Positions 8,265 through 18,000 of a stretch of DNA of 44,207 nucleotides are shown here, piece after piece (within the stretch, counting starts at the first letter, position 1; each line of letters starts with the position of its first letter). A program made the translations under genes and the position numbers. This DNA is from an uncultured Bacteroidales bacterium (lineage in GTDB: Bacteria; Bacteroidota; Bacteroidia; Bacteroidales; UBA12077). Location: the NCBI GenBank assembly GCA_964635605.1, contig CAZWPU010000001.1:1-44207 (forward strand), written 5' to 3'. Below the pieces are notes generated by a model. That model had not been told where the DNA came from and searched no databases. It was given only the letters and a program-made list of their open reading frames with translations.

Positions 8265-9590
8265 TTAATTTTCATTAATATACAGCTCTTCGGCCCACAA
8301 CATTCTGTCTTCTTGGGAAAATTGCCAGGGAGCACCGTTATTTTCAATATTATTAAAAATAGTATTTAATTCGCCCGGGGATGCTGCCTCTTCCATAACA
8401 AGGTAGCGTCTCAGCTCAACAATTAGGGTAGGATGATTAATATTTATAGGGCATTCCTGGGCACAGGCATTACAAGTGGTACAAGCCCATAACTCTTCTT
8501 CGGTGATATAATCCCGCAACAAAGCTTTTCCGTCATCATAGTTTGGATCTTTCACCTTCTTAGGCCCTTTTTGGTTCATGCGCGAACGAACATCCATAAT
8601 AATTTTTCGTGGAGACAATTTTTTACCCGTAATATTAGCAGGGCAAACGGCAGTACAACGTCCGCATTGTGTACATGCAAGAGAATCGAAATAAGTTTTC
8701 CACAAAACATCTTCAATATCTTTGACGCCAAACCGTTCGGTTTGCTCCTCTTCACCTTCAGCAGGTTCCTGGAATGCGGCATTAGGATCCATCATTAATT
8801 TTACCTCTTTAGTAATGCTTTCCATATTGTCCAGTTTACCCAGAGGACCTAAACGGCTAAGAAATACATTTGGAACCGATAAAAACACGTGAAAGTGTTT
8901 TGAGTAAGGCAGGTAATTAGCAAAGAAAAAGATAAGTAAAATATGTACCCACCAATTTATCTCGTGGAGCACATACAATTTAGATTCAGACATTCCGGAA
9001 AACCAGCCGGCGATTATTTTACTTACAGGGAATACTCCATAAATTTCATGGCTTGTAGCTGTTGCATGTTGATAATAAAAAGTATTCATCCCTAACAGGG
9101 ATATCATAAGTAAAAGAATTAATGTTAAAGCAATATTAGCATCAATATGGGTTTTGTGAGTCATCTCAATCCCGCTAAACCGTTTTACATGCAGGAAGAT
9201 TCGACGGAAAAGAAACAACAAAATAGCCAGTGCAATAATAAGTGCAAAAATATCGCCCGATGCAATTATTACATCATAAACAATCCCCAAACCTTTCAAA
9301 ACCCTTTCGGTACCGAAAATTCCATCAATAACCATTTCGATGCTACCGATAAGAATAACACAAAAACCCCAAAAAACCAAAGCATGTATAAATCCTAGTA
9401 TTGGCCTTCTAAACATTTTGGTTTGCCCAATGGCAACTTTCATCATTAACATAAATCGCTTTCCAAAATTTCGAATAGGAAAACCTTTTTTGGTAAGCTT
9501 AAAAAAGGAAATTAATCTAAACACCGAATAAGTAAAAATTCCCAGGGTAATAATTAATGAAATTATAAACAGTATTTGTTTTAACATCAT
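8265..9590 (-). CDS. Membrane-bound (Fe-S)-binding oxidoreductase: polytopic His-containing membrane domain fused to a 2x[4Fe-4S] ferredoxin domain
   Basis: N-terminal half has about 5-6 hydrophobic helices with His in FIHALVFWGF, HEINWWVHILL and YSKHFH. C-terminal half carries CTQCGRCTAVCP and CTTCNACAQECP. The track ORF starts at a TTG (9617); the first ATG pair (MMLKQILF) is at 9590, which I prefer. Confidence 0.7.
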   Translation of the reverse strand: MMLKQILFIISLIITLGIFTYSVFRLISFFKLTKKGFPIRNFGKRFMLMMKVAIGQTKMFRRPILGFIHALVFWGFCVILIGSIEMVIDGIFGTERVLKGLGIVYDVIIASGDIFALIIALAILLFLFRRIFLHVKRFSGIEMTHKTHIDANIALTLILLLMISLLGMNTFYYQHATATSHEIYGVFPVSKIIAGWFSGMSESKLYVLHEINWWVHILLIFFFANYLPYSKHFHVFLSVPNVFLSRLGPLGKLDNMESITKEVKLMMDPNAAFQEPAEGEEEQTERFGVKDIEDVLWKTYFDSLACTQCGRCTAVCPANITGKKLSPRKIIMDVRSRMNQKGPKKVKDPNYDDGKALLRDYITEEELWACTTCNACAQECPININHPTLIVELRRYLVMEEAASPGELNTIFNNIENNGAPWQFSQEDRMLWAEELYINEN

Positions 9591-9676
9591 AGCTTTATGC
9601 TTTAAAATGAAAGGCAACAGATTTATTTTTGAAAAAAAACCTGTTGCCAGAAAATTCCAATAATATCAAATATTTT

Positions 9677-10642
9677 TTATTTTGCTTTTGCTTCTTTAAC
9701 CGCATCAATAAATTCAGGCAACACTTTTAATGCATCGCCAACAATGCCATAATCAGCAGCTTCAAAAATAGGTGCATCTTTATCGTTATTAATGGCTACA
9801 ATATATTTGGAGCCACTAACACCAGCTAAATGTTGAATAGCACCTGAAATACCAACAGCAAAGTAAAGATTAGGAGCAATAATCTTCCCTGTTTGTCCGG
9901 TATGTTCTTCGTGCGGACGCCATCCTTCGTCGGATACAGGACGTGAACAAGCAGTAGCACCATTAAGCAGGCCTGCAAGCTCTTCTATTGGCGCCCAGTT
10001 ATCAGGCGACTTCATCCCGCGACCACCAGAAACAACAATTTCAGCATCGGTTAATAGTAACTGTCCTGTTTGTTTTTGTTCATCCTTAACTTGTGTTTTT
10101 ATCTCTCCAATTTGTGCATCAAATTGTTCAATTGATGCATCTTTAGCATTCTCAATTAACTCGAACGAATTTTGTGCCATGGTTAAAATCTTAACATCTG
10201 ATTTAAGCACAACATTTGAAAAAGCTTTTCCCGAGAATACTTTTTTATAAATGATAAACGGCTCAATGCTTGTGGGTAATTTTGTTACCGCAGAGCCAAG
10301 TCCGGCCTTTAATTTAACTGAAAGCCTGGGAGCCAGCGCTTTACCCATATTATTATGAGCTATAACCAAAACTTTAGCCTCTTCTTTTTCGGAAACTTGT
10401 GCAATAACAGAAGCGTAAGCCTGATTGTCCAATACCTTTAATTGATCGTTGTTTACAGCAACTACCTTATCGGCGCCATAGTTACTTAATTTTTTCAATT
10501 CATCTTCCTGTACATCACCAATTGATAATGCTACGGTTTGGGTATTTAGCATTTCTGCAACTTTGCTTGCATAGGAAACCAATTCGAAGGATAACTTCTT
10601 AAATTTCCCATCCCAATTTTCTGTAAATACTAATACTGACAT
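9677..10642 (-). CDS. etfA: Electron transfer flavoprotein alpha subunit
   Basis: The FAD-binding C-terminal domain motifs VVSGGRGM, ACSRPVSDEGW, QTGKIIAPNLYFAVGISGAIQH are typical of EtfA. Confidence 0.9.
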   Translation of the reverse strand: MSVLVFTENWDGKFKKLSFELVSYASKVAEMLNTQTVALSIGDVQEDELKKLSNYGADKVVAVNNDQLKVLDNQAYASVIAQVSEKEEAKVLVIAHNNMGKALAPRLSVKLKAGLGSAVTKLPTSIEPFIIYKKVFSGKAFSNVVLKSDVKILTMAQNSFELIENAKDASIEQFDAQIGEIKTQVKDEQKQTGQLLLTDAEIVVSGGRGMKSPDNWAPIEELAGLLNGATACSRPVSDEGWRPHEEHTGQTGKIIAPNLYFAVGISGAIQHLAGVSGSKYIVAINNDKDAPIFEAADYGIVGDALKVLPEFIDAVKEAKAK

Positions 10643-10685
10643 ATCTTAGTTTTATTAAATTCTTAATTAATTATTATTTATTTTA

Positions 10686-11435
10686 TTAAAGAACTTTGGC
10701 TTCATTTTGAAGCATATCCACCAATTCTTTAACATTTTCAGGTTCAACCATTTTACAAGGAGGTTTTGGTTGTGGCAACTCGAATTCAACAAATTCGGTT
10801 AAAGCCTCAACATCAACTGGTTGAACAACATTTAAGGGTTTTTTCCGTGCCATCATAATTCCACGCATTGCTGCAATCATTGGTTCTTTGGCAATACCCT
10901 TTTGTACTATCGTTACAACCGGAAGTTCTGAAACAACCTGGTCGTGCCCGCCATCAATATCGCGAGTAATGGTAAGCTCACCATTCTCTAAATTAACTGC
11001 AGAAACAGCTGATACAGATGGGAATTCTAAAAATTCCGCTAACATACCTCCCCCTGCTGATCCATTATAATCACTGGATTCGATACCTGCAAAAATAATA
11101 TCGTGCGGATTATTTTTAACGTATTCAGCAATTTGTGCTGCAACAAAATATGCATCTTTTGGTTCTGCATCAATTCGAACTGCATCGTCGGCTCCAATAG
11201 CTAATGCTTTTCTAATGGTTGGTTCGGCATCTTTTCCGCCAACAGTAATTACCGTTATATTATCAATCGAATTTGCAGCATCCTGTTTTAATTGAATTGC
11301 CCTGGTTAATGCAAGCTCATCCCAGGGATTAATAATCCATTGTACTCCGGTGGTATCAAAAGCTGTATTATCATCTACAAACTTTGCTTTTGTTGTAGTA
11401 TCCGGAACATTACTTAAGCAAACTAGAATTTTCAT
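10686..11435 (-). CDS. etfB: Electron transfer flavoprotein beta subunit
   Basis: MKILVCLSNVPDTTTK ... INPWDELALTRAIQLK, about 250 aa, located immediately upstream of etfA. Confidence 0.9.
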   Translation of the reverse strand: MKILVCLSNVPDTTTKAKFVDDNTAFDTTGVQWIINPWDELALTRAIQLKQDAANSIDNITVITVGGKDAEPTIRKALAIGADDAVRIDAEPKDAYFVAAQIAEYVKNNPHDIIFAGIESSDYNGSAGGGMLAEFLEFPSVSAVSAVNLENGELTITRDIDGGHDQVVSELPVVTIVQKGIAKEPMIAAMRGIMMARKKPLNVVQPVDVEALTEFVEFELPQPKPPCKMVEPENVKELVDMLQNEAKVL

Positions 11436-11722
11436 TTAATTACTATTTAAGTTAACAATTCTATTATTTTAACAATTATTGTGATTCGAAAAAATGTACA
11501 TTTGGTATTCAAGGTAAAAATACTATATTTCAAAATACTGGATTTAGAAAATTTCAATCACATCCAATACAATCTAAAAAACTATTTTCACTAACAAGTT
11601 GGCAAATATAAAAATAGTTGCTTTACAAAACAAGAAACCAAATTTACTAATAATTATACAAATATGTATATAATATGCCATTTGATTAAAATCTGTTTAA
11701 AATAACAAAAAAAATTCTTTTT

Positions 11723-11746
11723 TAAGTTTGATACTTGTTAAGTTTG
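11723..11746 (+). promoter_or_regulatory. Two tandem Bacteroidota-type -7 promoter boxes (TAAGTTTG) upstream of the Nramp-like gene
   Basis: TAAGTTTG at 11723..11730 and again at 11739..11746 both match the TAnnTTTG -7 consensus. The second lies 28 nt upstream of the ATG at 11774. No clear -33 TTTG is seen. Confidence 0.35.
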
Positions 11747-11773
11747 CATTACTTTGAATCAATTCATAAAAAC

Positions 11774-13033
11774 ATGCCTTTTAAGAATATAATTAAGTCC
11801 CTTGGTCCGGGATTATTGTGGGCAGGGGCTGCCATTGGGGTATCGCACTTGGTGCAATCTACACGTGCCGGTGCCATTTACGGTTTTCAATTAGTGGGTA
11901 TTATTTTACTCATCAACTTATTGAAATATCCTTTTTTTGAATTTGGCCCAAGATATGCATCTGCAACGGGTGAAAGTTTACTGCACGGATACAAACGATT
12001 AGGAAAATGGGCAGTAGTATTATATCTGTTGTTAACTATTGCCACGATGTTTACACTTCAGGCAGCCATAACGGCTGTTACTGCGGGACTATTTTCTTTT
12101 GTTTTTCCAAATACATTTAATATGGTTACCTGGTCGGTAATTATTTTAACGATTGCAACAATCATTGTAGCTTTTGGGAAATATTCATTTTTAGATAAAA
12201 TCATTAAATTCATTATTATCATATTGGCATTATCAACAATTATAGCTGTTGTTTCTGCTTCTACCAAAGGATTTAATCCCAATCCTGAATTTGCCGCTAC
12301 TTTTAACTGGAGTTTTGGAGATCTTGCCCTATTAATTGCATTTGCCGGCTGGATGCCTTCAGCCATTGACATTTCGGTGTGGCATTCCTTCTGGTCGGTA
12401 GCCAAAAGAAAACAAGGGAAACATATCCCATCGGTTAAAGAATCATTGTTTGATTTTAATGTTGGCTATATCGGGACTGTAATTTTATCTATAGGTTTTT
12501 TATCTTTGGGAGCATTAGTAATGTATGGTACAGGTAGTACCTTTTCTGAAAACGGAACGATGTTTGCTGGACAGTTAATCCATTTATTTACAACCAACTT
12601 GGGCAGTTGGGCCTATATTTTTATTGCTGTGGCTGCATTAACCACCATGTCGAGTACAACGCTAACCTGTTTAGATGCTTACCCAAGAGTGTTAAAACCA
12701 GCGACCGAACTTTTGTTTCCTAAATTGAAAAAGAACGATAGCGATAACTGGAACTGGTTATCATGGATGTGGTTAATAATACTGCTTTCCGGGACAATAG
12801 TTATTCTCTTATTCTTTCTGAAAGGAATGAGTTTTCTGGTTGATTCAGCCACCACATTATCGTTTTTAACCGCTCCGGTTTTGGGGTACCTAAATTTTAA
12901 AGCAGTAATGGGAAAAAACGTTTCTGAAGATCACAAACCGAAACGTTGGCTCAGAATTTTATCATGGGTGGGGTTAGTAGTATTAACAGCCGTAGGAATA
13001 TATTATTTAATCTGGAAACTTCTCATTCTGTAA
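11774..13033 (+). CDS. Nramp-family-like (LeuT-fold) membrane transporter lacking the canonical DPGN motif
   Basis: SLGPGLLWAGAAIGVSHLVQSTRAGAIYGFQLV aligns residue for residue with E. coli MntH [32 protein letters not shown]. About 11 hydrophobic helices. The track ORF starts at TTG 11735; the first ATG (MPFKNII) is at 11774. Confidence 0.7.
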   Translation: MPFKNIIKSLGPGLLWAGAAIGVSHLVQSTRAGAIYGFQLVGIILLINLLKYPFFEFGPRYASATGESLLHGYKRLGKWAVVLYLLLTIATMFTLQAAITAVTAGLFSFVFPNTFNMVTWSVIILTIATIIVAFGKYSFLDKIIKFIIIILALSTIIAVVSASTKGFNPNPEFAATFNWSFGDLALLIAFAGWMPSAIDISVWHSFWSVAKRKQGKHIPSVKESLFDFNVGYIGTVILSIGFLSLGALVMYGTGSTFSENGTMFAGQLIHLFTTNLGSWAYIFIAVAALTTMSSTTLTCLDAYPRVLKPATELLFPKLKKNDSDNWNWLSWMWLIILLSGTIVILLFFLKGMSFLVDSATTLSFLTAPVLGYLNFKAVMGKNVSEDHKPKRWLRILSWVGLVVLTAVGIYYLIWKLLIL

Positions 13034-13054
13034 TCTGTTTCTATCGTCAATATC

Positions 13055-13086
13055 AGCCCTACGAGGGTTTAAACCCTCGTAGGGCT
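13055..13086 (+). terminator. Perfect 32-nt palindrome (hairpin) 21 nt after the Nramp-like stop codon
   Basis: agccctacgagggttt/aaaccctcgtagggct is a perfect inverted repeat. No T-run follows, so terminator function is uncertain; it could be a REP-like hairpin. Confidence 0.4.
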
Positions 13087-13175
13087 CTATTGTCATATGG
13101 CGTTATCTCATTTAGAATTTGCTAAATCGCCAAAAATGAATAAATTTAGGCTTCAATTAATAAAAACATCTCCCG

Positions 13176-14660
13176 ATGAATTTGCTGACTTTCCTTATTT
13201 CAAATTTTAAACTACTGAGCCAACTATTTTTTATGGCAATTATCGTTACTTCCATTATTGTTTCCCTAGTTATTCTACTTGAAAACCGGAATCCAATAAG
13301 GGCCTCAGCACTTATCCTTTTACTTTTTACTTTACCTGGAATTGGTTTATTAATTTATTTCTTTTTGGGAAGAGATTACCGCAAAAGAAAGATGTTTGAA
13401 GCTAAAAAAGATTCCGACAGGGATATTATTCGTAAGCTAAAAGAGCAAATAAGAAGCAGTTCGGAGGAGTTAATCAAAAAAAATTATGATATTTTGGGCA
13501 ATAAATCACTACTTGCTAAAATGCTTTTAAACGATAATTATTTTGGTCTTACAGAACACAATCAATTAAATCTACTAATCAATGGTGAACAAAAATTCCC
13601 GCAGTTATTCAGTGCTTTAGAAAATGCAAAAGAGCACATTCACATCGAATATTTTATCATAGAAAACGGTTTTTTATTTAAACAGTTCAAGTCAATTTTA
13701 ATCAAAAAACGCATTGAAGGAGTTTCTATACGAATTATTTACGATGATTTCGGCTCACGCCATTTAAAAAACAAAAGTATTAACGAATTGAAAAAGGCCG
13801 GGATTGAAATTTATCCTTTTTATAAAACCTATTTCCCTTACATGGCAAACCGTATTAATTACAGAAATCACAGAAAAATTGTTGTAATTGACGGAAAAAC
13901 AGGTTTTATTGGAGGTTTAAATTTGAGTGATAAATACACAAACAATCTATCATCAAAAAAATCTTTTTACTGGCGCGATACTCATTTAAAAATTGAAGGC
14001 CCTGCTGTTCGTTATTTACAATATATTTTCCTTCTCGATTGGCAATTTTCATCAGATCAAACTTTACTGTATAATTCGCTGTTCTTTCCCAATTTAAAAA
14101 ATAATGATAATGGAAAACTGGTACAAATCATTTCAGGCGGTCCTGATTTATTAAGGGAAACAGTAATGACTGCATATTTTAAAGCCATTGTTGATGCCGA
14201 AAAAGAATGTTATATAACCACCCCTTATTTTATTCCCAGTCAGGGAATAATTACAGCCATTAAACAAGCTGCATTGAGTGGAGTTGACGTTCGATTATTG
14301 GTCCCCGGAAAATCTGACTCGTGGCTTCTGAATTCTGCATCAAATACTTACTATTACGATCTTTTATCGTCAGGAGTTAAAATATTCAGATATAAAAAGG
14401 GGTTTGTCCATGCCAAAACCATAGTTATTGATAACAATTTGAGCATTGTCGGCTCTGCCAATATGGATTACCGTAGCTTTGATTATAATTTCGAAGTTAA
14501 TGCAATTATTTATGATCCAGATTTTAACAATGAAATAAAACATCAATTTTTAAAAGATCTGGAAGAAAGTGAACAAATAACCCAAGAAGAATGGGAAAAC
14601 TGTCCTTTACGAGTAAGATTAAAAGAATCCATAGCAAGACTATTGTCACCCATATTATAA
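13176..14660 (+). CDS. cls: Cardiolipin synthase (PLD superfamily)
   Basis: Two N-terminal TM helices and two HKD motifs (HRKIVVIDGKTGFIGGLN and HAKTIVIDNNLSIVGSAN); about 490 aa. Confidence 0.9.
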   Translation: MNLLTFLISNFKLLSQLFFMAIIVTSIIVSLVILLENRNPIRASALILLLFTLPGIGLLIYFFLGRDYRKRKMFEAKKDSDRDIIRKLKEQIRSSSEELIKKNYDILGNKSLLAKMLLNDNYFGLTEHNQLNLLINGEQKFPQLFSALENAKEHIHIEYFIIENGFLFKQFKSILIKKRIEGVSIRIIYDDFGSRHLKNKSINELKKAGIEIYPFYKTYFPYMANRINYRNHRKIVVIDGKTGFIGGLNLSDKYTNNLSSKKSFYWRDTHLKIEGPAVRYLQYIFLLDWQFSSDQTLLYNSLFFPNLKNNDNGKLVQIISGGPDLLRETVMTAYFKAIVDAEKECYITTPYFIPSQGIITAIKQAALSGVDVRLLVPGKSDSWLLNSASNTYYYDLLSSGVKIFRYKKGFVHAKTIVIDNNLSIVGSANMDYRSFDYNFEVNAIIYDPDFNNEIKHQFLKDLEESEQITQEEWENCPLRVRLKESIARLLSPIL

Positions 14661-14665
14661 AACAA

Positions 14666-14699
14666 AAAAACCATCCCTTAAAAGAAAGAAATGGTTTTT
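14666..14699. terminator. AT-rich hairpin between convergent cls and DUF3467 genes (possible bidirectional terminator)
   Basis: aaaaaccat (14666..14674) pairs with atggttttt (14691..14699). The arms themselves supply the A/T runs on both strands. Confidence 0.4.
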
Positions 14700-14713
14700 A
14701 ATTTTAAAAAAAT

Positions 14714-15037
14714 TTATGCTTGAGCTGTAGGCCCACCAAAATTCATTGGCATTGAGGCTCCTCCTCCATCAGAATTTTTTATTGGACCATGCATCTTTTC
14801 AAATTTCTCTAAATTATCTTTCAATGCATTAAAAAAACGTTTAGCATGTTCGGGGGTAAGAATAATTCTAGATTTAACCTCCGCTTTAGGAACTCCGGGC
14901 ATTACCCTTACAAAATCAAGTACAAATTCAGCACTTGAATGGGTAATAACCGCTAAATTTGAATAAACACCCTGCGCAACATCTTCTTTTAAATCAATGT
15001 TTATCTGACCTTTATGTTGTTTTTTTTCGTCTTCCAT
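14714..15037 (-). CDS. DUF3467-family small protein, encoded 25 nt downstream of rpoC
   Basis: INIDLKEDVAQGVYSNLAVITHSSAEFVLDFVRVMPG matches my memory of the DUF3467 core. Gly/Pro-rich C-terminal tail. Confidence 0.65.
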   Translation of the reverse strand: MEDEKKQHKGQINIDLKEDVAQGVYSNLAVITHSSAEFVLDFVRVMPGVPKAEVKSRIILTPEHAKRFFNALKDNLEKFEKMHGPIKNSDGGGASMPMNFGGPTAQA

Positions 15038-15062
15038 GATTAATAATTATTTTGTACAAATT

Positions 15063-18000
15063 TTATTCACGTTCTTTGGCCGACATTAAATCATCGTATT
15101 CTTCTTTTGAACCGACAATAATTTTATCATAATCACGCAATCCAGTACCTGCGGGAATCTTGTGTCCAACAATAACATTCTCTTTCAATCCTTCAAGTTT
15201 ATCTATTTTACCATGAATTGCAGCTTCGTTAAGAACTTTTGTTGTTTCCTGGAACGAAGCAGCAGACATAAAGCTCTTCGTTTGAAGCGCTGCTTTTGTA
15301 ATACCTTGCAGCACCTGGCTTGAGGTTGCAGGAACAGCATCTCTTGCTTCAACAAGTTTAAGATCTTTACGTTTAAGAATTGAATTTTCGTCTCGCAATT
15401 TACGTGCTGTAACAATCTGTCCGGATTTAAATATTTGTGAATCGCCTGGATCGTTAATCACATTCTTATCATAAATCCAGTCATTCTCATCCATAAATAC
15501 CCACTTATCAACAACTTGTTTTTCAAGGAATTTGGTATCTCCCGGATCTTCAATAATTACTTTACGCATCATCTGTCGAACGATTACTTCAAAGTGTTTA
15601 TCGTTAATCTTAACACCTTGTAATCGATAGACTTCCTGAACCTCGTTCACAATATATTCCTGAACTTTTGTTGGTCCTTTAATAGCCAAAATATCAGAAG
15701 GTGTAATTGCTCCATCAGACAATGGAATTCCAGCACGTACATAATCATTTTCTTGTACAAGAATTTGTTTTGATAGTGGTACAAGATATTTCTTAACTTC
15801 ACCGGTTTTCGATTTAATAATTATTTCACGGTTACCGCGTTTAATTTTACCAAAAGCAACCTCTCCATCGATTTCAGAAACAACAGCAGGGTTGGATGGG
15901 TTTCTAGCTTCGAAAAGTTCAGTAACTCGTGGTAAACCTCCGGTAATATCACCTGATTTTCCTACGGCTCTTGGTAACTTCGCTAATATCTCACCCGACT
16001 TAACTTCCTGTCCGTCATCGATACTTATATGCGCACCTACTGGAAGGTTATATGTTTTTATAATTTCTCCATCTTTACCAATTAATTTGGCTGTAGGATT
16101 TTTCTTTTTATCCCGGGTTTCAATAATCACTTTTTCTTTAAAACCAGTTTGTTCATCCGATTCTTCTTTAAAGGTTATCCCTTCAATAAGATTTTCGAAA
16201 GATAATTTTCCGGTTGCTTCAGAAATAATTACCGCATTATATGGATCCCAATCACAAATCATCGTCCCTTTCTTAACAGTATCACCATTCTTAATATAAA
16301 GTCTGGAACCATAAGGAATGTTATGAGTAGAAAGAACAATTCCTGTATTTTTATCAATAATACGCATTTCGGCCAATCGACCAATAACGATATCTATTTT
16401 TTTACCATCCTCGTCTTTTTCAACCGTTCTTAGCTCGTCAATTTCAATAGTACCATCATATTTTGCAACAATGCTTGAATCAGCTGCAATATTAGAAGCT
16501 GTTCCTCCTACGTGGAATGTTCTTAAGGTTAGCTGTGTACCTGGTTCTCCAATGGATTGAGCTGCAATAACGCCAACAGATTCACCTTTTTGAACCATTT
16601 TACCGGTTGCAAGGTTTCTGCCATAACATTTAGCACAAACACCATTTTTAGATTCACAGGTTAATACCGAACGAATTTCAACCTGCTCAATTGGTGATTC
16701 TTCTATTTTTTTAGCAATATCTTCGGTAATCTCCTCTCCTGCTCCAATAATAAGCTCGCCAGAAAGTGGATGGTAAACATCATGCACCGTTGTTCTACCC
16801 AGTATTCTTTCAAATAATGTTTCAACCACCTCTTCGTTTTTCTTAATGGCTGTTGCTACCAAACCTCGCAATGTTCCACAATCTTCTTCTGTAATAATAA
16901 CATCTTGTGACACATCAACCAAACGACGAGTAAGGTAACCAGCATCGGCTGTTTTAAGGGCTGTGTCGGCCAAACCTTTACGCGCACCGTGGGTTGAAAT
17001 AAAGTACTCAAGTACGGAGAGCCCTTCTTTAAAATTTGAAAGAATCGGATTTTCAATAATTTCAGAACCTGAAGTACCAGATTTTTGTGGTTTTGCCATC
17101 AATCCCCTCATTCCGGATAACTGACGAATCTGTTCTTTAGAGCCCCTCGCACCAGAATCGAGCATCATATATACCGAATTAAATCCTTGATTATCGGTAG
17201 TTAACTTTTTCATTAATGTTTGAGTTAACTTAGCATTAATATGCGTCCAAATATCAATAATCTGGTTGTAACGTTCATTATTAGTAATGAAACCCATATT
17301 ATAATTATTCAACACCTCTTCAACCTGCTCATATCCATCATTAACAAGAATCTCTTTCTCTTTGGGAATAATTACATCGTCAAGGTTAAAAGACAAACCA
17401 CCACGGAATGCCATTTGATAACCAAGATGTTTAATATCATCTAAAAATTTAGATGTTACATCGGTACCTGTTTTCTTCAATACTGTACCAATAATATCTC
17501 TAAGTGATTTCTTCGTTAATAATTCATTGATATAACCAACTTCTTTTGGTACAAATTGGTTAAAAATTACACGTCCAACAGTAGTTTCAATTATATGATT
17601 TACTGGCTTGCCATCAACTATATCATCAACTTTTACTTTTATACTTGCATGTAAAGCAACGGCACCCTCGTTGTAAGCAATAGTTACCTCTTCGGGAGAA
17701 TAAAATTTCAGTCCTTCACCTTTTACTCCGGCTCTTTGTTTCGTAATGTAATATAAACCAAGCACCATATCCTGTGAAGGTACTGTAATTGGCGCTCCAT
17801 TAGCCGGATTAAGAATGTTATGCGAAGCCAACATCAACATTTGGGCTTCAAGTATAGCTGCATTTCCTAAGGGTAAATGAACAGCCATCTGGTCACCATC
17901 AAAGTCGGCATTAAATGCTGTACAAGCTAATGGATGCAATTGAATTGCTTTACCTTCAATTAATTTAGGTTGGAATGCCTGGATACCAAGTCGGTGCAAT

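Noticed and set aside
9613-9648. Hairpin ggcaacag ... ctgttgcc between etfA and the membrane Fe-S gene
   Set aside because: The stem is only 8 bp with a 20-nt AT-rich loop, and no U-tract follows on the transcribed strand. That is too weak to call a terminator or regulatory element.
11603-11646. Two minus-strand TAnnTTTG matches (11603..11610 and 11639..11646) as etfB promoters
   Set aside because: They lie 170-210 nt upstream of the etfB ATG in very AT-rich DNA, where chance matches to this degenerate motif are expected. They cannot be supported without TSS data.
15892-16299. 135-aa antisense ORF inside rpoC. Similar antisense ORFs lie inside rpoB at 20377..20685, 20722..21030 and 22336..22581, inside the Nramp-like gene at 12058..12405, and inside the S46 peptidase gene at 1814..2143.
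   Set aside because: All are embedded antisense in strongly supported long genes. They have Ser/Leu/Ile/Phe-rich compositions typical of the reverse strand of AT-rich coding sequence, and I see no independent signals.
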